A stretch of DNA of 64,000 bases. It comes from Rhizodiscina lignyota. Lineage: Eukaryota. Positions 23,460 through 35,412 of this stretch are shown piece by piece. Numbering within the stretch: position 1 is the first letter of the stretch; each line of letters opens with the position of its first letter. The DNA lies in contig ML978129.1 in NCBI GenBank assembly GCA_010015805.1, positions 1,364,001 to 1,428,000 of the forward strand, in the 5' to 3' direction. A program made the position numbers and the translations under genes. The notes under the pieces are model-generated. The model ran no database searches. It was not told the origin of the DNA and worked only from the letters and a program-made list of their open reading frames with translations.

Positions 23460-24317
23460 TTACGACCTACTTCGAAGCCACTCAGAGAGCTCGAGTGTGA
23501 GCTCTTCAGGTGCATCGAGGTGCACTAGATGGCCAGCATGTTCAATGACCTTCAACGTTCCACCAATTGCCTTTTGCAGTATGTAGGCCCTCTCCACCGG
23601 AACCCAAGTATCATTCAATGCCCAGATAATATGTACAGGAGTGTCTAACGTGCGATAATGCTCCATGAGTTCCTTAATGTCTTCATTTCTTTGCGCGTTG
23701 ATCTGCGTGTAAAATGCCCGCTGTCCATCCGCAGTAATCCACGGCGCCACAAGCATGTCTTCTTGATCCTTTCGAAGACCATTGAACGACGCGCGGCGGA
23801 GGTATTCACGCAAAAGCGCCTCGTGCAGATTTGATGGAAGCGAAATGAAGACTGAAGTGTTCTCTCTGACGAGACTAAAGAAAGCTTCGTCAACCGGATA
23901 CGACGCGCCGCAATCTACCAAAGCCAACGATGAAAAAAAGCGCTCTTCGAGGAGTATGGCACGCAACGCGATTGCACCCCCAATATCATGTGCCACCACA
24001 TGAGGGTGGAAGCTTTGTTCATCTCTTGAAGCTCCCCAGTGGTCGAGCAAGGCGCAGAAAGCCTTGGTTTGTTCGGGATACGTCGGGGAAAAGGATGTTT
24101 CTTTGTCCAGCGGAATCACAGACTGGCCATAACCTGGCAAGTCGTAAAGATACACAGTGAAGCTTCTTGCAAAGCAGCGAGCGATAGGAAGCCAGAGTTG
24201 TGAGGACCACGGTGTGCCGTGAAGAAAGACAACTGGCGGGCCAGACCCGAAAGACGTCCACTTGATGGAGATACCGTTGTAATTGAAAGTTGAATCGATT
24301 AACTCGTGATACGCCAT
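23460..24317 (-). CDS. Alpha/beta hydrolase with Asp nucleophile (epoxide hydrolase/dehalogenase-like), intronless
   Basis: LHGTPWSS, DLPGYGQS, VAHDIGG, W...DTWVP, AGHLV. ATG at 24317. Confidence 0.9.
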   Translation of the reverse strand: MAYHELIDSTFNYNGISIKWTSFGSGPPVVFLHGTPWSSQLWLPIARCFARSFTVYLYDLPGYGQSVIPLDKETSFSPTYPEQTKAFCALLDHWGASRDEQSFHPHVVAHDIGGAIALRAILLEERFFSSLALVDCGASYPVDEAFFSLVRENTSVFISLPSNLHEALLREYLRRASFNGLRKDQEDMLVAPWITADGQRAFYTQINAQRNEDIKELMEHYRTLDTPVHIIWALNDTWVPVERAYILQKAIGGTLKVIEHAGHLVHLDAPEELTLELSEWLRSRS

Positions 24318-25080
24318 GCTGAAAAGTAAAAGCTTGTGCGCGAGTGAATTTCTGAAGCCACCAAGCTTCGCAGAGCGACTCATCCACGAAAGATGTCATG
24401 GTGCCATTTTAGGGTTGCCGTAAAAGGAAGTCAGTCCCTTCCCGCAATTTCTGCGCAACGCTGAACCTCACCTCGCTTAGCTCAGTTCAGTCTTCCTTGT
24501 CCATTTCTTTCGTCATACCATTATTAGCAGTCTTTCGTTTGACACTGTCTGCATAGGGTCTGCATGGGCTGATTTGGAGTATCTTGAGGTGCTACTAGCA
24601 AGTGTTTGTTTGCTCCGGCAGCTCAATGGATTTGTACGGTATGCCATCGCATCCTCTGTTCTGGACTTGAACTTGCGCGGATTCTTATCATGTTCATCAA
24701 TTTTGCTATCTAAGTCATATCTACCATTTTGTGTTTACCAGTTGCTGCAATTGTATTCGTTTCTGTGGTCATAATGATTCCAATTGAGGCACCGGACGCA
24801 ACACCATAAAGTTGCGCCACATGTGCTCTTCCAACAATAAGCTAGTTGCGCTTCGGAATACCATCACGAGCTCAATCGTTAAGCGACTGGGAGTGCCGGC
24901 GAATCCCGACAGCAGTCGAATTGTGACAGCAGTGCGGCAAGACGAAGCGTTTGCGTTTCGACTTTTCTCTACCGTAAGCTCTAGCTTGGAGTGATCACTC
25001 CAATGGCACATATGCTAATGCAATCTCCTCGAAACTCATGGGTGCATAAAGTGAGTCCCAAGCGGCGCGCAATGCGGCGC

Positions 25081-26959
25081 CTAACGAAGCAAAACCTTAC
25101 AACCGTCTGCACTTGCCACAACAATTGTGAGATTTTGTCTTTCCTGTCCCGTTGCTTCCTTTTGGATACCGGGGGGCAACCTCAAGTTCGGAAACGTTTG
25201 AAGTATCTTAATAATCCCGTAGGAGGCTTCCATGAGGGCAAAGTCCTCTAGGATCAATGAGCGTCATGCTTTTCGGTATTATCGCACTTATATTGGGATG
25301 GACTCACTGCCGAGACAGATCCTTGGGCCACCGTGAAAGGGCATGAAGCCCCACCCAACCTTCTTTTCCAAACCAGTATTTTCCCAGCGTTCGGGGTTGA
25401 ATTCGTGCGCGTCCGATCCATAAAGAGAAGTCATGCGATGCATATGATATACTGAGTAGCCAACACCTGTGCCTCGTCGGATGAGTACAGGAGAGGTGCC
25501 GGAGGGGCCGCCGCCCGACGGGAGCAACGTGGTTTTGGTGGCAACTCGTATATTCACCGGAAGTTGGGGATAGAGACGAAGGGCTGTAGAGTGAAGTCAT
25601 GTATTAGCATAACGGCAGAAGCGGCAGAGGAAGAGGAAGAAGCAAATATCACAAAGTAGCCGGTGAGATGCACTAACTCTCGTTGAGGACACATTTGAGG
25701 TACGACAATTTTGCTATATGGGCTCGCGTCAGATCGTCGGTTTCTGGAACGACGGCAGCTATATCCCGGCGAAGACGCTCTAGGGCTGCCGGATGACGAA
25801 CGAGAAGATAACTGTGAGATGCCGCAGGTTAGTCAAGCATACCTTCGAGGCACATCTCTACCTACATCGTCCATGACATGAGACAAGCCGTCGTGTCTCT
25901 CCCCGCTATCAAAACATTCACCAGCTGATCTCGCACTAGAGCAGGGTTGTTGAGGTCTTTGTAGAGATCAAGAATGAATGCATGCCCTCCATTCGAGTCG
26001 GGTCCGTGGCGTTTCTCGGTTTCCAAAGCCTGAGAAACAAAGTGGCTCGCATACGTCTTCACCACTGCACAAGCGTCCTTGAATTTCCTTGGCTTGTAAA
26101 GCCAATGAAAGTCTGCCAGTCGTAGCCTAATGGCGGAGATGGACGATGCATAGTCGAAGTTGTCGGAGAAAGTGTCCTGAAGATCATCGCCCAGACGGCC
26201 TACAGGCTCTCCGAAGATAAGATCGGTGGTTGTGGCGAGAGTGAAGCGGAAGAGGTACGGCTGCAAGTCCACAACGCCATCACCGGATGCCGAGAGGCCA
26301 TTTATCAGTTCATTGATATGCTGGTCAAACACTTTTGGGTTTTGATACTGGATTCGCACGAACTGGCGGCGAAGAAGCTCGCGGGAGTGCTTCCAAGGTC
26401 GTCCATCTTGCGTGAAGATACCCTCTCCAAGTAAAGGGAAGAGGCCGCCGCGACGAGACCCAAGACCCCAGTCTGCATCATGATCAGCCTTGTCGGAGTC
26501 GCGTGTACCTGGACTGTTGAGAAGAGAGTCAACCTTCGAAATGCGTTGAGAGAATTGATTCTATATTCTTGGGATCGGTCGTCATGTACCCAACCTGCCC
26601 AAAAAGCATGACTTTCATGTTTGGGCCGATCCGGTCAAAGTAGCGTGACTGGAAGGCTAAGAGACGCTGAGATGGCAGGACATCGTACTGTCGTTTGAGA
26701 ATGTCGAGTGCAAAAGGCCATTTGTAAGGTAGCTTGGTTTCCATCGGCAAACAACCATGTTGTTCGCCATACGCTCCGTCTGCCTTTCTGGAGTAAGCAA
26801 GTGAGAAGAGCAGAGGGAGCAGCATTGGGAACTCACTTGCAACTGGAGTCTTCTTTGAATATACAAGTGGAGCAAAAAACTTGCAGCTAGGATCGCCAAG
26901 ATGAGACGCGAACTGAAAGCAGCCTCGCCAACACCTGTCAACCAAGAGGGCAAGATCAT
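25081..26959 (-). CDS. Cytochrome P450, CYP52 clan (alkane/fatty-acid hydroxylase-like), 6 exons
   Basis: [49 protein letters not shown]. The last exon (DFALMEASY..) ends at TAG 25081. Confidence 0.93.
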
Positions 26960-27650
26960 GATTGCGACATGAACTGAAGAAGTCTGGGCAGGAGGTCTGC
27001 AACTCTGGCGGTGAGTTTATATAGGATAGCCATTGGCGCTGTTCCCAGCCTCGTTCGTAGCAGGGGATTGTTCAAGTGTTCGTCCGCATATCAGAGCTTC
27101 CACACACCCCTGCCGGGACACCAGGTTAGGCTAGTGCTACAGTCAACCCTGTCCAAAACGATGTGGGGTTTTGCAGCTGTTTTAATCGTTGTGTAGAATG
27201 TATTCTAATCGTAAATATTAGTAAACGCTTGGTAGAGTCCCACAGCTGAGTCTACACTAGAGAGTTAGGGAGTATTCTTATCCCGGTTACTTAATTTTTA
27301 ATTCATAGCGCCCTGTATCATTGACCGGAAGGTATTCTTAAGACCAAATAACGTTAGGTAATATCAGGGTTCACTATATCACCCACGCTTCGCCTCGCAA
27401 GGCTGGCGGCTGTAGCCGTTCTTACCAACTGCTCCTTATGGCCTGCCTGCCCACCTTCAAAATTTCAACGTTCAACTGTGACGAAGTACACACATTCTCG
27501 CCAAAGCTATATGTCTTTTGCCATTTACAGAACTGTTGTGTACGCATCCCCATTGCTCTTAGGATAGCCAAAGTGTGGGAGCGCCGTTCTATCAGAGACA
27601 ACGGGGCTCCGCATTCACCTCTGCATGTAATTTGCACTTGCCCCACGCCC

Positions 27651-27878
27651 TTTGCAGAATATTGGATGTCTGCCAGCCGTCACCCTACCCAATTATCTAC
27701 GGGGTTTTCGTGTGGCAGGGCAACCGTGGAGCTGAGGAGCTTAATCCGTCCAGGCCCCCCGAAGCGCGTTTGCAGAACATTGGACGTTGGATGTCCACCA
27801 GCCGTCATCCTACCCTCTACGGGTATTTCGTGCAGCAGGGCAACCTTGCAGCTGCAGTTCCGGCGCTTAATCTGTCGG
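27651..27878. repeat. Degenerate ~117-bp tandem duplication between the CYP52-like gene and the NLR
   Basis: tttgcagaaYattgga..tgtcYRccagccgtcaYcctaccc..tctacggg..tttcgtg..gcagggcaacc..gcttaatcYgtc occurs at ~27651 and ~27769. Confidence 0.9.
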
Positions 27879-28141
27879 ACGCCGCACGACAAAAGCAAGA
27901 CAGCTTCCGACAAGGCTGAACTACGAAAGCGGTTTTGGAGTCCCAAGCCAAGTCTGAAGTTCAAGAGCGACATTGAAGTCCAATTTTCTAGCCTACTCTC
28001 AACCTCATGTATCCTTTGCACTGCTCTCTTTGCTCTACCTTTTCTCTGCAATCACTCATGGCGGTCTGAAAGTGGTTGTCGTGCGGTTGTCTTCCAAGGC
28101 GGCGCACTGCGACACAGCCTTGTTTGACCGTTGCGACGCGC

Positions 28142-31100
28142 ATGGCGGATCCATTCTCCATCATCGCTGGCACTGCTGGCCTAATTGATGTTTTATGGCG
28201 CTGCGGTGTGTATGTGAAGCACATTCGTGACTTGGCCGATACGATCAACGAAGACATTGACGCCGTATCCCACGAGCTTGACGCACTTATCTCCGTGAAT
28301 AAATCGATACAGGCGACATTCACAGCCGAACTCGCCAAAGTACCAAGCTCATTGTCGGCCGATGCGAAGCTCGTAGAGAACACTTGGCAAAATGTGGGAG
28401 GATTGCTGCGCAATTGCCACACTACTGCCAAACAACTGAAAGACTGGCTGCAAGATATAGTCGGCGAGGAGGGATCTTCGACTCGGGTTGCAGGGATCAC
28501 TGCAATAAAAAAGGCGCTCAAGAAGGACAATAGGACCCACGAATTCAAGGAGCTACGCCAGAAATTGACCAACTACCAGAGCTGTCTCCAAGTCCTATTG
28601 ACCGCTTTAAACCTGTGAGTCGAGCAGTTTCTGGAGGTACTTGGCTTGCGCTGACATTCCCAAGCTCCTACACCCGTAGCTCTCAAGACTCGACCGACGT
28701 ATCGCTGGGGCGATTATCTGACGACTTCCAACAGCTAGGATCCAGGTTACAGTCCCAGATCGCCTCCTTGCAGGGCAGGCTTGCATTGGCTGACGGCGAT
28801 CATGCGAGTGATGTGCTTCAAGCTCATTGTGATCTCGATATCTAACAAGTCCCAGGTTCTGGGCGCCATCAACTGTGCAAAGGCAGTGGCCTCACAGGCG
28901 TCTCCTAACCGACATTTTGATATACCCCAGAGCGTCAGCAGCGTGTTTACTGGTCGAACATCATTGCTCGAAGACCTTCAAAAAGCCTTTGACGTTTCCG
29001 AAGCCTCGAAGGAATCTGACGCCGTTCAAAAGCGCTTCATAATATACGGACTCGGGGGGTCAGGAAAGACTCAATTTTGCTGCAAGTTTGCCCAAGTCAA
29101 CCGAAACAAGTGAGCACGATGGTTGTGCCTGCCACTTTCAAGCGTCTGACGAAGTATTAGTTTTTGGGGCGTCTTTTGCATCGACGCAAGCTCACCACAG
29201 ACTGCGGAGGCGTCATTCTCAAAAGTTGCCAAGATTGGAGGCTTCGAGCCCAGCGAGGGCTCAAATCAGCGTGCAGCTAAACAATGGTTCGCAGGTCTGG
29301 AAAGTCGTTGGTTACTCATCATCGACAACGCAGATGACCCTTCTCTTGCGCTCGAGGACTACTTCCCGAGCGGCGAACGAGGTTGCGTTCTTGTCACCAC
29401 ACGCATTCCAGCAAACAGGATCCATGGAACGGTCGGTTCGTGTTCCTATTGCTTTGAAGAGTTGACGCCCGACGAGGCAAACGATCTGCTCTTAAAGACA
29501 GCGGGAAAGCCGCATCCATGGGAGATCTCGACAAGAAAAGCTGGGGCGCGGATCGCACAAGCACTGGGTTACTTGCCTCTAGCATTGGTCCAGGCAGGTG
29601 CAGCAATTGTAAGGGGCCTTTGTTCTTTGGCGAATTACGTGGATTACTATCGCAAGTGTTGGCAACGGATCCGTCAAGCCCGACTCAAGTCAGGCTACCG
29701 AGGGGACGAGCAAGAAAACATGAATGTCTACTCAAGCTACGAAGTCAATCTACAAAACCTCGAGGATTCCTCTGATCCGAATTCCATCGATGCGATGCAA
29801 CTCCTAAAGATGTTCTCTTGCTTTCATTCGGAGAATATTCGTTTGGACGTTCTGATTGCTGCGGCAAAGAACCCCTGTGAGGAGCGAAGGCAACAAAAAA
29901 AGAACATGGAAGAACAAAACCGCTTGAAGGCCGTCACACGAACCAAAACAGTGTCCGAAGCCTTAACAGAGGGAATGCGTAGCGTTTTAGAGTTCGCTCT
30001 CAGAGACCGAAGCCCTCCTATCTTACCAGCAATTCTTCGCGAAGCTGGGCCACGTTCGGCGTCACACGAGTTTCTTGAGCCAAGACTACGCCGCGCATTG
30101 ACTATCCTATCCCAAATGTCGTTGATTAATCACCACGAAACGACTGACAACTATTCTATGCATCCACTCGTGCATGAATGGGTGCGGGAGAGACCGGAGA
30201 TGAGAGTAGCAGAGCAGGCCCTATGGTGTCAAGCTGCAAAAACGACGATTTCACAGTGCATCCTTTTGCCGCCGCATGGGTCGTCCGAACAAGAGGAAGC
30301 GATGCGAAGAAGTCTTCTACCTCATGTTAACCATGTCCGAAAGTGCCAAACAGTCATCGACACGAAAATCCGGGACAACCAGAAAGCGCGATGGCTCTTT
30401 GGGCTCCCAGTGCCGAAAGCACAATTCGGGCGACAACAGGCAATAGAACTCGCGAAATTTAGTCGGGTCTACTTTGAATGTGGGCTCTGGGAAGAAGCGG
30501 AAGACTTGCAGCTGGCGGTCAAGGAGTTTGTTTGCAAGAGACTGGGCGCACAGCACCCTGTCACCGTGGATGTCATGTTGCTCTTGTCATGGACATACTG
30601 GAACCAGGCCCGTACTAACGAAGCGGCGGAACTGCAGTATCAAGCATATCAAGCCTGCATCAGCTCCCTCGGCCCGAACCACCCAAAGACTCACAAAGTA
30701 ATGGATCACTTAGGCTCGAGTCGGTGCTTCCAAGGCAGATTCAAGGAGGCACTCGAACTTCACGAGAAGACCATTAAGGGGATGAAGAGTACACCACCGA
30801 GCAACCAAGAAGATCTCTTCATTGCTATGCGTAATTTGGGAAGGGTCAAGTGGAGATATTTTCAATACGAGGAAGCGAAAGAAATCCACACGAAGGCGAT
30901 GGAGGGAATTGCAAAGCTGCTTGGCCCCACGCACCCGCAGACCCTGGGCGCCATGGAAGACCTGGCTCTGTCGTATCTGGACTGCGGACAAGACCGGTTG
31001 GACGATGCGCGCGACCTTATGCTAAAAGTACTCGACCAGCGCCAGCTAACGCTTGGCAAGGAACACCCTCTGAGTCTGCTAGCGACTAGCAACCTCGCCA

Positions 31101-31534
31101 GAGTCGAGAGTGCGCGTGACAACACCATAGAAGCTGAACGACTGTTTCGCAGAGCTATACCCATTGCAGAAAGAAGCCTTGGGGAGAATCATTTCGGCAC
31201 GCTGGCTGGCAAAGTGCATTTTGCGAACGTACTCGTCCGTCAGAAACGGTATGACGAAGCAGAAGAGATATTCACAAAGGTTGTTGAGAGACAGCGGTAT
31301 AAAAGTGCAGCGAGGGAGAATGGCGATCATCCTGATCGTATATTCGCTATGTGGCACCTAGTGCGATGCTACGAGCTGCATGGCAAGGTGGATGATGCGC
31401 TTCTGGTCACCGCTCAACTTGAGCAAGTCGTAAACACAATTGGCGGCCAGGGACTTGGGAAACTACACCCATTTGCAAAGCAACTGACGGAAAAGCGTAA
31501 GTGTCTAGAGGTTGCTAAGGCTGATTCAATCTAG
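28142..31534 (+). CDS. Fungal NLR: HeLo-like N-terminal helical domain + NB-ARC (STAND) + TPR repeats, 4 exons
   Basis: MADPFSIIAGTAGLIDV N-terminus, FTGR, Walker A GLGGSGKTQ, Walker B WLLIIDNADD, LVTTR, LGYLPLAL.QAG, MHPLVH, repeated LG..HP.T TPR units. Introns 28615-28664, 28804-28855, 29110-29160. Confidence 0.93.
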
Positions 31535-32425
31535 TCTTATCTCTGTTCTTACGGCATGACGCCGCGTCTAACAGCTTTAGCATGCTTTGGTCAAAGGTCG
31601 GGAGGGTATCTGCGCTGCATTGAAAGACATATATTTCGCCATTATCTTGCTCGTTGCTACGGCCCGTCAAGCAAAGTGGTGGTCTATAATTGCGATCAAC
31701 TTGCTTGACAGAAAGTACTTCGCGTTTGAAGAGGTTCGGCAAACCAAATCAGTAGCCACCAGCTTTCAGCTAGCAACATGGAAAGCATCAATGTCTTGAT
31801 GCTCCAACGACAGCATTCGTACGATGGGAACGTACTGCATTCTCAGAATAAAGAGATGCCTCGCTTCAATTCTATCCCGCAAACGCAGATGCCGAACGTC
31901 TGTGATTTAGAGGCGTAAGTCTCATTGACAGACTGATGATTACTGTTGTCCTTCATGCAAACCACAATCCTGATTTTCGCTTGTTACCAAGGCACGAGAC
32001 ACTCCCAAGCAGCGTATTGTCTTGTCTTATGCGGGGTTTGGCTTGCATGGCAGGCTGCCTTTAACGAGCAGGATGGCAAATATTCATGAGAGAGGGCGAC
32101 TTGGTTGTTTGGGTATTCGGCTCCGCTGTCCCCTTGATTCTACGACTGGAGAGGTCTGTTTTTTTCTAATTTTATGTTGAATTGGATGCAACACAGGAAA
32201 GCACAAGAACGTGGGGAGGACATTTTTTAATTTTGTTGGACAGGCTTAGGATAGCTACATGGGTTCATGAATTGGAGCAGTGACATTAAGGGGACTTATT
32301 TGCACCAAAACCTATTGGAAACAAGGTGGTTCCACATTATTTGACCCACGGCAAATAAATACATAAAGGTAGCAGAGTTATAGAGAGGCTGGTGCGCACA
32401 AAATGCCTGAGCAAGTGTCAGGTCT

Positions 32426-32656
32426 TCGTGGATCGAAAAACCGACCGATATTGACACTAGACACACGGTCCTTTTCAATGTATTTACTCAACCACGATAA
32501 TAGATATAGTCAAATAAAATTAATTAATAAAAAACATAGTATATAGTTAGTATTATTATCAAGAAAAAATGAAAATTTAATAGCTGTAGGGGCCCGGATG
32601 AAAATGCGAAGGTTGGATGTCAGGGTGTCAATATCGGTCAGTTTTTCGATCCGCGA
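32426..32656. mobile_element. MITE-like element / transposon relic: 32-bp inverted repeats around a largely AT-rich core
   Basis: 32426-32457 tcgtggatcgaaaaaccgaccgatattgacac matches the reverse complement of 32625-32656 at 30/32 positions. Confidence 0.65.
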
Positions 32657-32817
32657 TGAGGTCAGTCCTCTGTAAAACTAAACGCCGATATCGCCACCTT
32701 CTCGCATGACTGTCCAAAATTTTCGTCCCACCCGAGCAGATCAAATATCTGTCTCTGCTGTCCCTCATTTCGATTGAGCAATTCCCTGGTGCACCTCTGT
32801 AAATACACAACATTACA

Positions 32818-34356
32818 ATGGCTGCAGGGCGGTCATTGTGCCGCTGCTTGGCGACGTCGAGAACTTGTCGAATAGCCCCTCGAATTGCGAGCAGACTGTA
32901 TGCGTCACAAGCAACAGCTGCTACTTCCAATCTCCCTGGTGGTCTCAAAGATGCCATTGAGGTATGAGCTCGAATCTATCACGTTTCAATTGAGTTCTCT
33001 TATCGCTAACAGCCATTCTTATAGAGGGAGGCCTCCCTGCCAAACTCAGACCCACCGTCCGACTCCCAAACTGCTCGACTCGTCAACGACCAGATGCCTT
33101 TCATGGTTCCCACCTACGTCCGGCCGCCACCAATGTTTCATAAGGGAGAGGGGTGCTACCTTTGGGACGTCGAGAATCGTCGCTACCTCGATTTTACTGC
33201 TGGCATTGCGGTAAATGCCCTAGGTCATTGCGACCCTGAGATGGCTAGGCTTATGGCACAGCAAGTAAGTGGACAATATGTCCGGGCCTCAAATATTTTG
33301 CCTTTACTAACGTACTTCAAGGCTCAGACGCTCATCCACACATCTAATCTATATCATAACCCTTGGACAGGGGCTCTGTCCAAGCTTCTCGTGGAAAAGA
33401 CACTCGAATCAGGCGCCATGCACACGGCTAGCAAAGCATTTATTTGCAATTCAGGATCGGAGGCCAATGAAGCTGCGATAAAGTTTGCTCGCAAGGTCGG
33501 CAAGATGCTTGATGAGTCAGGCGCAAAGCATGAGATTGTCTCATTCCACAACTCGTTCCATGGCCGTACGATGGGCTCACTCTCCGCCACGCCGAATCCA
33601 AAATACCAAAAACCATTCTCACCGATGGTCCCCGGATTCCGATACGGAAACCTCAATGACTTGTCCGCGATACCAGACCTCGTCACCCAAAATACTTGTG
33701 GAGTAATCATTGAGCCCATACAAGGCGAAGGTGGTGTCAATGTCGCGACAGAGGAGTTCCTTATAGCGCTCCGGAAGCGATGCGATGAAGTCGGAGCCGT
33801 GCTCATATATGATGAGATTCAATGCGGCTTGTCTCGAACCGGCCAGCTCTGGGCGCATGCTGCACTACCCAAAGAAGCACATCCAGACATATTGACAACG
33901 GCAAAAGCACTAGGCAATGGTTTCCCTATCGGTGCAACTATTGTCAACGAAGCAGTTGCAAGTAAGATAGTGACCGGAGATCACGGCACCACTTTTGGGG
34001 GTAATCCGCTTGGATCTCGATTGGCCTACTACATCCTCTCCCGCTTGTCAGATCCGGAGCTGCAGACAAACGTGCTGAAGATGGAACAGGTATTTCGGCA
34101 GCATTTTGAGCGACTGAGACAACGATATCCCAATGTCATAACCGAAGTTAGAGGAAAGGGTCTGATTCTGGGTTTGCAGCTGTCGCAGAACGCGACGCCT
34201 ATCGTAACGGCTGCGCGTGAGCGAGGACTTCTAGTCATCACTTGTGGAACGAACACTCTCCGATTCGTACCACCCCTCGTCATTACTGAAGAAGAGATCA
34301 ATTCAGGCATGAAAATTCTGGAGGAGGCGATGCAATCCGTATTTGAGAAGGCTTAG
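32818..34356 (+). CDS. ARG8: Mitochondrial acetylornithine aminotransferase, 3 exons
   Basis: Presequence, YLDFTAGIAVNALGH, NSGSEANEAA.K, FHGRT.G, EPIQGEGG, DEIQCGL.RTG, AKALGNGFP. Introns 32962-33024 and 33265-33321. Confidence 0.97.
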
Positions 34357-35412
34357 ACTGTTCGTCCCACGAAAGAACAGCAAGAGATGCAATGACAACT
34401 CTTACGCCCGTGCTATCAAGCAAATAATGATTAGCTCATCCGCCAGAGGGATCATATTACGGTATTTTCCTACCCCTTCTCTCGAGTTGAGGAGACGCGC
34501 CAATCATTTCTCAGTCTCCCGCTCTATCAAATCAGTTTAAGACATAGGCTGCAACGTTCTTCAGCACTGCGTCTCGGACCCACGACATTGGAAACACGAC
34601 CATCAGGATACGAGGATTCTGCATCATGTCGCGTCGTGCAGGCGTGAAAATAGCATGTCTAGATTGGCCACGTTCAAAGTTCAGATGCTGTGGCCTTGAA
34701 CAGTGCTTCAGTGATGGTGTTCGTTGTGCGTAAACACGATAAATGCAGCATCGCGAAACGGCAAACGAATGTCGCGGGTAGGAAATTGCTCGATCTCTCA
34801 GCCGCACGAGTTTCCTGCAGACTGCCGTCAGATTTTCCCAAGGATTGCATGGAAATTTCCATTGGACCGATTGTCCAGCGTGGAGGGTGGGTCAACACCA
34901 TTAGAATTTCGAGAGATAAATTCCTGCACTCTATGGTTCCAGCGTGCATCGATGACGGAGTATTATATTCTCGTCAATAGATTGGTTCAGCCAATGAGAA
35001 ATTCCCATTCAAACATTTCGTTTGTGCATTGTCCTCCGCTGCATTCCAAGCCATTTTCCTTGCGTCGTAGCGGGATGAATATGTGTCTCAAGGCCAATGC
35101 GGTCTCTCGGTTTTCGCCGCATTTGGAAACCACGCTCCCACACCAGAACAAAGAAAACAACTTCCGCACTCGTCATGACTAGCTCTTCACCTCTGGCAGT
35201 GGCTGGGAACAATCCATGCAGCCGCCCTTGGATGACAAAGAGGGCTCTATTGAGTTGGTCTGGAAGAATAGAACAAAGTGGTCACGGACACATAATGCCA
35301 TCCAAAGTACTTCGGTCAATATCAACTTCCCATCAACTCTCGAACTGCATCGGAAATCGGTCGATAAACTTCCTCGAGGCAACTGGCGAATCCAGACTAC
35401 ATCGCACTGCCA

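Noticed and set aside
27438..28127. 229-aa ORF upstream of the NLR
   Set aside because: No domain or coding-like composition recognised. It runs through the duplication, which is reported separately.
32657..32712. Gcn4/CpcA site in the ARG8 promoter
   Set aside because: Only imperfect TGAGGTCA and TGACTG are present, with no TGACTCA.
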